Shown here: positions 1-11,527 of the stretch, in pieces
Numbering within the stretch: the first letter of the stretch is position 1
Layout: each line of letters starts with the position of its first letter
Source of the DNA: Oopsacas minuta
Taxonomy: Eukaryota; Animalia; Porifera
DNA length: 64,000 nt
Direction of reading: 5' to 3'
Assembly: GCA_024704765.1 (NCBI GenBank)
Contig: JAKMXF010000343.1
Location: 1,035,095 to 1,099,094, forward strand
Made by a program: the position numbers and the translations under genes
The notes under the pieces: generated by a model
What the model saw: the letters and a program-made list of their open reading frames with translations, nothing else
The model's database searches: none
What the model was told of the DNA's origin: nothing

Positions 1-868
1 TACAGAATACATCAAATTATAAGATTATATGATCCTTGCATAGTCTTGAATTGTAGCGTTATGAGGTGATGTAGTTAGTTGTTGTGTACCTCTCAAGTAG
101 GCTTCAGAAGTGTTGAAGCTATAAGGACTCACATATATATTCTAGGTTAGATAATTTATCTTCACTTTTCTGTTATCAATGTCTATTTCTATCTTTCTTA
201 CCTGTTCCTTTCCTTGTTCAATGCTCGTATGGCGTAACATTATGCTTCAGAGATACCCTGTGTTGCAGAGCAAAAAGGAGCGGGCTCCTATTTAATTGCA
301 AACAATTTACAAATTTCATCGTTATTCTGTTGACATGGGGTTTTGGTATTATTACGAAAACTGTATAATAGCTAAGCTATATATAAGGAATCAAATATAG
401 AAATACATATATGAGGGGTAGGACACCAGGAGTTGGCCTGAATATACTTAATTAATATATTTAAGTAGTACAGGGCCTCATATACACCGGGTTTTAATTA
501 GAGATTATACAGGTTGGTGGTTTATTGTTACCTTACAAGCGAGACACAAGTGTATCTACACTCACTATGCCCTCCAAGGATATCAAATATACGTACAATA
601 GAACACAACCAACTCATGTCATATCAAACTTCAAAATGCGTTCCTTCACATAAGAGCTAAAGTTATTAGAAGAATTGCAAGTTTTGTGAACATCATATAT
701 GGACATTGGCACCCAGTTTTAGCAAACAAAATCAAATCTGGGAGATTACCATACGAAATTGCTGCTACCTATATACGAATTTCACATGAATAAGTCTTTA
801 CCTCAAGCCTGGGGAGTCCAGAGACTCCAAACCCCCAAGGTACCCAAACTTGGCGCCTATGTAAATAG

Positions 869-1038
869 AAGTAGACTCCACTTAATAAGATCACATTGGT
901 ACCAGGCCATTTTGACCCGATTAAGAGGTATGAAGGTGTTAGTCCGATTAACCTGGAGCTATTTAACACGATTTGCATGGTACTGTTTCTGGCCAAGTGA
1001 CCCGATTAAACGGTTGCTCTATTAAGCGGAGTCTACTG
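869..1038. mobile_element. pogo/Tigger-like MITE (~170 bp)
   Basis: Inverted ends (A)AGTAGACTCCACTTAATA / TATTAAGCGGAGTCTACTG followed by TA; internal CCGATTAA motifs repeated; no coding capacity. Confidence 0.7.
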
Positions 1039-1339
1039 TAGGTCCAGACGATGTTCTTATAATCAAAAATACATTTACTGCTTATATCAAAGTAATAATT
1101 TCCAACAAAGCCTTCAGTTTATTAAATTATCCACAAAATAAAATCCGGTATAAGAGAAGGAACACACATTGGCCGATCCAAGTTGAATATGACGGGAGTT
1201 TAGCGTAGGTTCGATTTTACCAAAACAAAATATAAGAACGCGTAAATTATACAATGTAGTAGTAATTGGGCTATATACCCTTTAACATACAATCTGATAA
1301 TTTAGAATTTCTATTATTAGACCTCTATTGTTGTACCTA

Positions 1340-1813
1340 TACTATAATCTTGTATAAAATTTCTAAAACAGATTATAGTGATTACTTGTATGTACAATAT
1401 ATATTGATCCATTAGCATTAGCGGGAAGCAAATTCAATACATTATCAAATGAAGGACCTTTGTCGGAGAATACATTCCAACCATTTCCAGTCTCTTTCAT
1501 AAACACCCATATATTAATCTTAAATAGAAGCGTTGCTGTAAATACTTTTAAATCTCTATCCCATACTCCATTGCCTTTGATGTTTGTTTATATATATATA
1601 ATCTATTGTGTTCCATTGAGCATTCGGGTATTTGTTAGAAATAAATTTTCCGGAATTTTCTTTTAGCGAAATTGACATACTGTCTACAATGCATTTACGT
1701 ATTATATGAGAAGTATCTGGCGAACTTGACACAGAATATGCTAAGGAAGAAAATAAGCAGTTCCCATCTCCAGGAATATACTGAGTCCTAAAAGTATATA
1801 ATAATTCAACCGC
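1340..1813 (-). pseudogene. OTU-family cysteine protease (deubiquitinase-like) exon at the 3' end of the Mutator gene
   Basis: Manual translation after a cag acceptor at ~1814: YIPGDGNCLFSSLAYSVS...SHIIRKCIVDSM...GVW...LFKINIWVF...IYIVHTSNHY. This carries the OTU GDGNC and HY catalytic motifs. One frameshift. Confidence 0.75.
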
Positions 1814-3323
1814 CTGTTCATTAGATATTAATATTGTTTATTCCTAGACTTAGCCTGATATTAAGTAACGTATAACAAATATCAAACTTACCTGTGTGTG
1901 AGAGGGGATTACAACATGGAAGATCATAATTTAAAGTGCATAATTCTATTTAGATCCAAATCTGTTATAATTTAGCATTATTAACTGAGAGGACAACATT
2001 TGGGCTCGTGTTTCTTACAGAATCTTTGTCAATATTCCTTTTTGTGTGGAATCAAAAAATCAGATTTTTTTCTCTTATAATTAGTTTTCTCTCTCGTTGT
2101 ATTTACATTTATTGCTTCAAAAACTTTATCTACCCTACTTAGATTAGGATTGATGTAACTTTGTTGCTATTTACTTCTGCGACACCATTTTTCTTTAGAA
2201 TTTTCTTCATTTATTATTTCTAATTTCCTTTTCATACATTTAAATATGTTGGTAGCCAAAGGATGAAATCCCAAATTATATCCATCAATTCTGTAATTCA
2301 CATATTCACACATTGTAAGTATAAAATTCCAACTCTTAGGTCTACCTTCTTTTGTAAAATTGGATGTTTGAATATTCTCAACCAATTTCTGCACTTGCAT
2401 ACTAGCCTTACATAGGTTTTCATTGCTCCTAGACAGTATGATTCAAGTCCAAAGAGGTAGAATTGGGCATATAATATGTCAGCAGGTATTCTAAAACTTC
2501 CAGAGAATAACATGAATTTGATCGATTGGCTTTTTGAACTACATGATCTGTGCAATTATTTTTTCTCAGAGTTTAGAAATGTCAACCAAATGGTGATTAA
2601 CAACTATAAGTGTAGGATTCTCTTTTGTATCAGTATCAAGTGCAAAATTTCCTCCGTTTTCTAGCTGTAATTCTATTTTATCGTTCACTAAATCGTTCAA
2701 CTCTACTAAACCTGAACTGACAATTTCGGTTGAATGCTCAACAGATAATACATTACACAGTAATATGAAGGGTAGATTTATTTCTCTCATCGTAATCTTC
2801 TCAAAATTGCAGCAAGGACATGCAGTATTAGTTGTTTATAGTATAATCGATTCTAAATGTTTTGTCAAGTTAAGACTCAACTTATGCATTATATGAGCAG
2901 ACACAAATGAATAACAGTAAAGAAATCCACAACAACCGATCTTTCGTCTGAATTAAATTTCTCCAACAACTCTCTAAACACCCTAAAATATTACTTTCAT
3001 TAAATGCGATACAAGTGCTATGAATCTATGCACAACTGTAATCTCTTTCCACTCTTGTCATGAATATTTCTTTGTGTAGAACTAACTTGAAATTCAAGTA
3101 CCATTTATTAAGGAAGTGAGTTATCTCAGCAATTCCTTGGTCCAAACTTATCATTTCTGCTACAGGGAGGTGTAATGTGGTTGTCGGGAGTTGTATAGTT
3201 AAAGCATAATGATAAATAGATTTTGTGCAAACATTAAGTTTACTTATAATGAAACCTGTAGCATCCAAGTGCAAAATTATATCTTTAGTTAAATATTTCA
3301 ACACCTCTATCTGTCTCTTCATA

Positions 3324-3829
3324 CAGTAGAACTCGGTTAAGACGTACTCGGCTTAAGACGTACTCTCGGATAAGACGTACTTGTCTCCAATAACCGAAAT
3401 TTTCTCCTATCTGATCCATTATAAATGATTCGGTTAAGACGTACTCGGTTAAGACGTACAATCGGATAAGACGTACTAAATTATTCTTCCCAAAAGGACA
3501 AATGTATTGAATCGTACTCGGTTAATTCGTACTCGGTTAATTCGTACTCGGTTAATTCGTACTCGGATAATTCGTACTCGGATAATTCGTACTCGGTTAA
3601 TTCGTACTCGGATAATTCGTACTCGGATAATTCGTACTCGGTTAATACGTACTCGGATAATTCGTACTCGGTTAATACGTACTCGGTTAATTCGTACTCG
3701 GTTAATTCGTACTCGGTTAAGACGTACTTTTGTAGTACCTTTCATTTATGTACTCGGATAAGACGTACCTCGGTTAATACGTACTTTTTATTGTTTCCCA
3801 AGCTAGTACGTCTTAACCGAGTTCTACTG
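3324..3829 (+). mobile_element. pogo/Tigger-like MITE, copy A (506 bp), with internal 15-bp tandem array
   Basis: Perfect TIR CAGTAGAACTCGGTTAAGACGTAC at both ends; TA TSD (3322-3323, 3830-3831); near-identical inverted copy at 22580-23087. Confidence 0.95.
3513..3722 (+). repeat. 14 x 15-bp minisatellite CGTACTCGG(T/A)TAAT(T/A)
   Basis: Units counted directly; the unit matches the TIR core ACTCGGTTAAGACGTAC. Confidence 0.97.
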
Positions 3830-4132
3830 TATATAGATGCATAATGAAGGGTTCCTTAACAAAATATTGAATGTAACCAGGTATCGGCTTTTCACTCAGT
3901 AATTTACGAGAATATTCTTGAGTGATAGAAAATCTGCAAATATCATTAGAAAATCCATTAGATTATATAGCTTCAGTTTATATGTCTTAAGCATTCTTGA
4001 GACCTCAAGTTAGAGGAATTACCTCTACAATATCCCATTGAGCTCCCTTGACAGTTGAACTTATTATGAAAAGTATTTGTGACTGATGTGTGCTGAAGAC
4101 TTTCCCCATAAATTTCTCGCAAACTACCACAT

Positions 4133-4594
4133 TAGGGTTTCCAATCCCGGAATTTCGAGATTGGGTAATCCTGAATACCGGGATCGGGGCCGCACATATT
4201 AAGTTATGTAAATATTAATTATCTAAGCTGATAACTGCTCTAAACAAAAGAAAAAAGAGAATATACTAATGTGCAACTTCCGAATTACTTTGGTTTCTTC
4301 AAATTATTCCTGATAAAACTGAATTTATACAATTCATAGAACTTACGTATACATATCAATTCATTACACTAGGAATACGTAAGAATATATCAATCAAAGT
4401 TTTGTCACTAAAAGTATATTGCCGTTAGGAAGGCCAAGGTTGTAATGAGGAGATATTTATTGCGGTTAACTAGCTGCTATCATAATATTTAAAGATTTGA
4501 GTACAAATTTTATATAGGAAAGTGAATACAAGTATGTAAATACTTAAATATCTTCAGTCGGGATCCCAGGATTGAATCCGGGATTGGAACCCTA
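4133..4594. mobile_element. Non-autonomous hAT-type MITE (462 bp)
   Basis: TIR TAGGGTTTCCAATCCCGG / CCGGGATTGGAACCCTA; 8-bp TSD TACCACAT / TACCAAAT (7/8); subterminal CCGGGAT motifs. Confidence 0.8.
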
Positions 4595-7500
4595 TACCAA
4601 ATATATGACCTGAGTCTACAGCCTCTCCATCAGAATATTGCAAGAAGAGTGAACCACTTGCCATATATTGTATTGTGATTGAATTCGTAGTTACAAGCTC
4701 ATCAACACAAACTCAAATTTGTAACAATTATAAAACTTGCATTCACCAGATGACCGAAAGTAGGCTGCATTTATTTTGCGACCGGAAGACATTATAAATC
4801 AATAATTGTGAATTTAAGAACACATGCTGGATATATTTTAGATATTATATTGCTAAACACAGCTGTCTTATCTCTATTCAACCTTTCTCTACCTTGTAAA
4901 TCAATAAAATGAATACTATCCCATTCACCAATCTCATGGAGTAATTCTCCATTGACGTTCGACTCAAGGAGTATTTTCTGAGCCAGGGGTTGGGACAATC
5001 GGGGAAAATTTCTATTCCGCATATCTAGGATTAATGTAATTATATATACAGCTTTAAATGCCTCAATATCAATTCATGAAAACTAGTCTCACATTTTGAC
5101 TACCCAATGAATAAATATACTCATCTGAACTTTGGCCAGAAGAATGTCCCTATTTTAGACAAAATAGTTGATTTACAATCAATTTGATGTATAACTACCC
5201 ACGTTAGCAACATAGTTGTCGGCTCAACGACTTGATATTCATACTGACCTTTTGGAAAAATATTTACGAATGAACTACACTGTACAACTTCAATACTTTC
5301 AAATTCCCAAAACTTTCGCAAGAATTTGAGCTCCGATAACGGTAAAAGTTACAACCATCAATCCATAAGTGAGGGTGGCGATCGTTGTAATAATAATATT
5401 CTACTAAACTACCATTGCCATTACATCCGCAAAGGTCGATACTGTATTGTTTATCTCTCAAATTATAGTAATGAGATGGGTCAGATGCAGCTGAAGACCA
5501 AATTACCGGTAGCCTATCATCTAGGAAATCCTGTTCAATTGACTCCCAACATGTTCCCTCATAATTATCATGAAAAGAAGCTGCGGATTACAGGCAATTG
5601 ACAATATCTCGATAAATTGTGGCAGTTTGAAGAGATAACAAATCCACTATTGAGAAAGAGTTGATACTATATCTCACAATCAATGATTTTGTTGTACTTT
5701 ATAAAGATGGTGGACATAGAGAAAGCGATTTACACGATATGAAATCTAAAGATGGCTGAGGCGAGACTGATGGGTCGATTACTCGCTCGAATAATACACG
5801 GATATTTCGTGAATTATTTTTCCATTTCAAATAAATAGATTTTAGTTGAGCCGGATTATTGCCGCCATATAGTTTTTTTCCCAAATAATGCCCCAAATAG
5901 AATCACTAACGCTGGGGCCAACAAAATGTGGGCTCGCAACTTCATTGTATGTATTGAAAGTGGATTCGATATACAAAAGTAACTGAAGTTCTCGTGGAAC
6001 TAAAAAAGGGACATAAAAATACTATATGCACCGTACTCATCAGAAAACATGTCAATATAAATCTAACTTTTGTTATAGCAATTGATTATCACACATCTAA
6101 GACCTATTCCGATGAGACGGAAATAAGTTAAATAAAAAGAAATGAAGTTACATTTTGAAATATTGATTCCACTTGAAGTAATGAAACTATTTGGTTCCAT
6201 TGAAGGGGGGTCGAAACGAAATTATGATTCTAAAATGTGAAGAAATAATACAATCTTAGATATATAGGGCAGAATTTAGATACCTTTTTCCTCGAATAGT
6301 AGGTAGACCTTCTTCGAATACTCGCCTCCCTGAAGGAACCCCGAAGTACATAATCGTCAAGGCGTACTATTCGAGATAACTGTATATTATTGAAATAGAC
6401 AACAAACCTTAATCAATAAGACTTGCATATTAGTTTGGTTTAATGGAATTTACAAATGAGAAGGATTTGTAGAGTCATGAAAGATTTTTGATGAAAGTGA
6501 TCAAATAAAGGAATTTGTTTATGAATGGATGAAATATAAGATAATATTTATAGAACACCGAAGTACTATTTCTATTAGAAAAAAATAGAAGTTTATAAAA
6601 TATTAATTCATTTTCAAAATATCCGTATCTCTTTCGAATGGTCCAAAAATATTACCATTATGACCATGGGAAGTTAGTCAAATTAATGGTTGAAGTATTG
6701 CTGGTCTAATATTCAGCGACCTTCACAATCGTATTTAGATCACAGATTGAACGGTAGTGAAGAAATTTACAAAATATTTGTGTTAGGATTATCCCTGAAT
6801 TTTGTAAATATGTCTGACTACCTCTTGGTTGTTGGTTTGGATCCAGTTTGGAATAGATATAAACCTGGTGGATGGGATTCTGATCGGGGACTCATTAAGG
6901 ATTTTGCGTATAACTAATGTCAGAAATAATTGGCCAGTTCCCAAGTCATTTATAGTAAGGCAGGACCAATTAAGGTCAGCTGAGGTAGTTAATGACCATT
7001 TAAAGCGTTATTATAACATACCTGGGAGTTGAACACATTTTAATGACCCAAATGCATATTTGTTTCAAATACACTGAAATAGTATTCTGTGCTTGTGTAC
7101 ACCCGAAAGGTTTGTGTGTACGCCTACACACTAAAATCTCTAATACACTGCAAGATTTATTACTTTAATTAGATATTTCGAAGTACGACTTGTGTTGCAA
7201 GCAGAAAGAGGACAACTTAACTGGTAAGGGATACTGACGATGAATAGAAATTAGGATCCAGGTTAAATATCGTAGGTCTAGTGTATTAGTGCTCTATGGC
7301 ATTATCCGATATATGACATAAAGCGTTATGATAACAGTGTTTCGGAGAAGAAGTAAGGAAAATGGTTTTAAATCTGAACTTTCTATGAGAATACAAGTTA
7401 TATTCTATAAATCTAGTGCAGCGATATTCAATATACTAGGAAATATAGAACCAAGCGTAACGGAAGGATAAAGAGGAAGAGTAAAGTGAGAATACTCAGT

Positions 7501-7799
7501 GTGAGAGAAAAATAAATGCTGCAATTGCGAAAAAAATTGTCCCAAGAGTCCTATTATTGTAAGTACTCCTGTAGAAATAAGATAATCTGTCAATTAATTC
7601 ATTTTCGAAATGTTTTGAACTTAAGTTTTCAATTATCTGTCACAGGAGGTAGGCAGTAACGCATTCACTCTGAGATCCAATGTTATTCTCTATTCAACTA
7701 GCTCTTAGAATGTAGTGATTGCATATGTTACTGCAGTAATTATTTAAAAATTATGTTACACTAATCCCCTTTGATTAGTCCACTATTATGGTGGCAACC

Positions 7800-10700
7800 T
7801 GTACTGATGGTAACCCTGAGTGTTACTTTTATGTCAAAAGGCCGACTATGTCCCAAAGGCTTCGTGCGAAACATAGTGCCGGTAAACCAAAACCACTGAT
7901 GAAACTTTTTGTGCCAGAGTCAACAATCCTATCGGAGTGAGTCTGTAGCTGATGCGAGCTGCTCAACAGAAGTTGCAACACAGGTTGCAGCTGAGTTATA
8001 TCAAATTCTGGTGAGGTCTCAGTCAGATTAATGCAATTAAAACATTGAGCCAAGCGGCAGAGCAATCCAATGTGAGTCAAAACTTGCTGTTGAGGAGGTC
8101 TAGGCGTGTTGGAAATGTCACTGATTCTGGTACAATGGGATTCAAGAAATCGAGGTTACCAACTTAAGGTGAAGACCAATTCTACAGTTGCATCTCTACT
8201 GAAAACCAGAGTTAACGGGCCAATCTATATACCCGCAAGTGTCCAGGTGTTTGGAGCCACCTAAGATAAAGCCATGGATTGTATCATGGAGTTTCTGGTG
8301 GACTTTTACCTCTTGGAGTTTGAATATTCATTGAACAGTGACAAACAGCGAGGCGGCAGAGAAGCAGTACTTCGAGGACCAGTATAGTGAGTTTGTACTT
8401 CCATTCTCATTCGACAATGAAGATCTGGACTTTGAGAACAATGACTCGGAAGTCATCGGTGGACGACAAGAAGTAACTGATCACGTGACTTTGGCCAAAG
8501 ACCCATTGGGTCACTACTCACCTGCATTAGTACAGTGTAGTGGAGTGAAAATTCGCAGTAGACGGAGGGGGAGGCACTCGAAAAGGTATGGCATCTTTAC
8601 TCGATGTCGATTACTCTCACTATGGTCATAGCGGGTCACCATGTCCCTTGGTTTTGGCCAAAATATCTGAGACCAGAAACAATGGGTTTCTGTTGGATAG
8701 GTTGGCTCACTGTTTGGCCGAATTCTTGCTACACAAATCCGCTGACACTAAGCTGTGTGAAATAATCGCGGTGTGCTCTGTGGTTGCCTGTGTGTACTGT
8801 GTGACCAAGGACAATAGGGTGAACAATCGGTAGGTTTACAGTGATCTAGCGTGTGAAATGGAGGAGCCGATCAGCGATAGGACAGACACTCTGTCAATGG
8901 CGTATGCCGTATGGTGTGAATATCCACCACTTCTGCGCTTCAGCGGCTGACTGCATCGTCACTTCTTAGCGCCCTTGTTCACATTGAAATGGCCTTGATC
9001 AATCAAGTGTTGAATCCGTACTGTCAGACCCAGGAGAATCGCAAACTGTGCCAGGCGTTCGTAGATCGCCATTATAAACAAAGTGAACGTTTACCGACAT
9101 CGAAGAGCACCCTACAGATAACGAACGAGTTGGAGAACCTTGCAAGGCTATTAATAAGATTTGTGGCAAATGTATGGAGGATCCAGAATAGACGGAGCTA
9201 TTTAGGGCGTGTTAGGAGCTGTGAAGTTCTAGGAATAGAACAAGTCATCGTTCAGCTTTCCCACACTAGGACAAGATTCGTGACATTTGTTATGCCAAAA
9301 AACCTTACCATAACTGGATCGAAATGCAAGTTTCTATTGATGACATGCGTTTGAACTGGAGGGAGAGTGGGTTTTCTGTAGTGTTACTGATCTACATGCA
9401 CCTTCCCCATCTCCCAAATAAGTGCAGAATGCAACCCTAAGGGTTTTTGGAACCTAATCAAGGTAATGATCGATTCCAGCCATATAGGGTGGCTCCAAAG
9501 TTCTGATACAAAATGACAATTAATCCACAACCATTGGCAGGGAGTATTCTCAATGGTGTACTCTCCTATGAAAAACCTTATGCGCTTCCTAACGAATATT
9601 ATTTCAAGTTAGTGTATAATATTTCGAAAAAATATTATCATTGACCATGGAATCTGAGAGGTCAGCAATTATTTATTTGCATATGTCGGGAAAAGTCTCT
9701 CAAAAATTTTGAAACTGCTGAATATTGCAAAAGGACGTAGGGCATTTGTCTACAGACAATAAATCGATATAAGGAAACTGGAGACACTGTAGACAAGCCG
9801 AGATCTGGTCGTCCATGCTCTGTAAAGACCCCAGCTCTCAAGAAAGTTGTCCGAGAACGGATTCGGCGGAACCCACACAATTCGATGAGGAAATGGCCCT
9901 GGAGCTCAATATATCTCGCCGAGCAATACAAACTGTTGTCAAAAGGGACCTAGGAATGCGCTCTTTTAAACGCAAAATGTACAATTATTATCTGGGTCGG
10001 TAAAAGGAAAGAGAGTGTCCCGGAACAAGAGCCTACTTGCTCTACACGGTATTGGGCTTCTCGAAAATACCCTTTTCTCAGATGAGAAATTTTTCACCAT
10101 TGAAGAGGCTACAAATAGTCAAAACGACAGAGTCATCTCGACCTCAGTTTCAGCGATTCCTGATAGGTTCAGATATATGTCGGATGAAGAAACCGCTGTC
10201 GGTGATGGTTTGGGCTGGGGTCTCTGCTGTTGGTCGGACACCACTGATTTTAATCGCCCCAGGAGTGAAAATCAATACCAAGAACTTGTATTAGAGCCTG
10301 TGGTAAAAGGTCTGAGCTAGACCATGTTTTCATTTTGTCTTCCAACAAGATGGTGCTCCAGCCCATACGGCCAATACGACCCAAGATTGGCTGAAACACA
10401 ATACTCCCAATTTCACATACAAGGATGAATGGCCACCATACAGTCCCGATTTAAATCCCATGGACTATTCTATATGGTCTATCTTCGAAAACAAGGCTTG
10501 TTCTGTGCCACACAACACAGTTAGCTCTCTAAAGATTACCTTGTGACGAGAATTTGAGAAGATACCCCAAGAAAGTCTGCATGCCGCAGTAGAAGGATTC
10601 CTGAACAGACTCAGGGCTGTCATTTCCAAAAAGGGTGGTTACATTGAATAAATGACTAGGCAATCTCTTCCTAATAGTATGTATTAATTATATATAGAAA

Positions 10701-11000
10701 ATCAATGATGTAGGTCATGCTGAAAAATCGTATAGACAAAATGGTCTGTATCAGAACTTTGGATATCTCTGTATGATAATTAACCGTGAAAGCATCTTGA
10801 GGTAATCAACTGGGACACTAAAAGGTTACAACAGTTAATTAATGGCGAGAAGTACCGAAATGAAGCAGAGAACATAAAGAATACTATCCAAGGTCTAAAG
10901 GATTAAAACTATCAAAATCACGATATTTTCAAAGAATATGTGGGGCTCACCATCAGGGATGGATCTAGGTTCAACGTCAGGGGGATAACATGAAGGTCAC
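7800..11000 (+). other. GC-elevated, decayed protein-coding-like segment of unknown identity, interrupted by the maT at 9485-10771
   Basis: Visibly higher GC than the flanks; chained plus-strand ORF pieces (8338-8631, 8588-8833, 8989-9354) separated by stops and frameshifts; protein-like sequence resumes after 10773. Confidence 0.4.
9485..10771 (+). mobile_element. Tc1/mariner maT (DD37D) element, full length, frameshifted
   Basis: TA TSDs; imperfect TIRs sharing CCAAAGTTCTGATAC; HTH KPRSGRP, FSDEKFF, VMVWAGVS, QQDGAPAH...WPPYSPDLNPMDYS with 37 residues between the second and third D. Confidence 0.92.
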
Positions 11001-11527
11001 TGCTTATATACCCTCAGTGAGAATAAGAAACATTCTCATGATTATTTATTCGGATTCAGTTTCAGGGGTGCTAACCCACCTCTGAGAGCGTGGCCAGATG
11101 AAATACTGCCATATTAAATAGTGTGTGCGTCACAAGTGGTAGCGCCGCCCCTGGCCTAAAGTAACATTTCTAGTCAAGAATTCATTTCTGTAAACAGGCT
11201 TTATTCTAATGTATATCATGATTCAACTAAAACATGTGAATGAGGGCAATTTTCTCTTAATACGATGAAATCATATAAGAGTACATTCCGAGTTTAAATA
11301 CAATTTCAAAATTAAGATAGTAGAGAAAACAGCAAATTTCAATAACACAAAATGTTTGTGATGCAACTTTAAGATTGGAGAAAGAACATAAATAGCGAAA
11401 ATATACAAGGCATCTAATATACTAATTCTTATAATGACGACGATAGTTAATCATTTAATAAGTCTAACTGGAGACCGAAATAAACTGTTAATCTGTGAAT
11501 AATCGTTCACTAAATCCTGTTTCAACT

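Larger units (their letters stand above)
1330..5900 (-). mobile_element. Decayed Mutator-superfamily (NOF/Foldback-Rehavkus-like) transposase gene with introns and a C-terminal OTU domain; outer boundaries approximate
   Basis: Minus-strand fragments PGYIQYFVKEPFIMHLYMKRQIEVLKYLTKDIILHLDATG...PVAEMIS (frame restored by removing the MITE at 3324-3829 plus one TA), RVERDYSCALI, TVIHLC-SAHIM (MULE CxxH motif, across a frameshift), LPLWT...NWLRIFKHPILQ. Many stops and frameshifts. Confidence 0.7.

Noticed and set aside
3476-3761. ORFs of repeating IRTRL/RVRIN (also 22664-22903)
   Set aside because: They arise from translating a stop-free 15-bp array inside a non-autonomous MITE; no evidence of a real protein.
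6810-6917. LLVVGLDP as a RuvC-I motif of a Fanzor/TnpB nuclease
   Set aside because: It lacks the following Gly, and I found no RuvC-II, Zn-finger or RuvC-III motifs or long ORF; a single short motif is insufficient.
8200-8850. Resemblance to patatin (DGGG), HECT (VDGGG) or Polinton PolB motifs
   Set aside because: Downstream motifs and spacing of each family are absent; left as unidentified.
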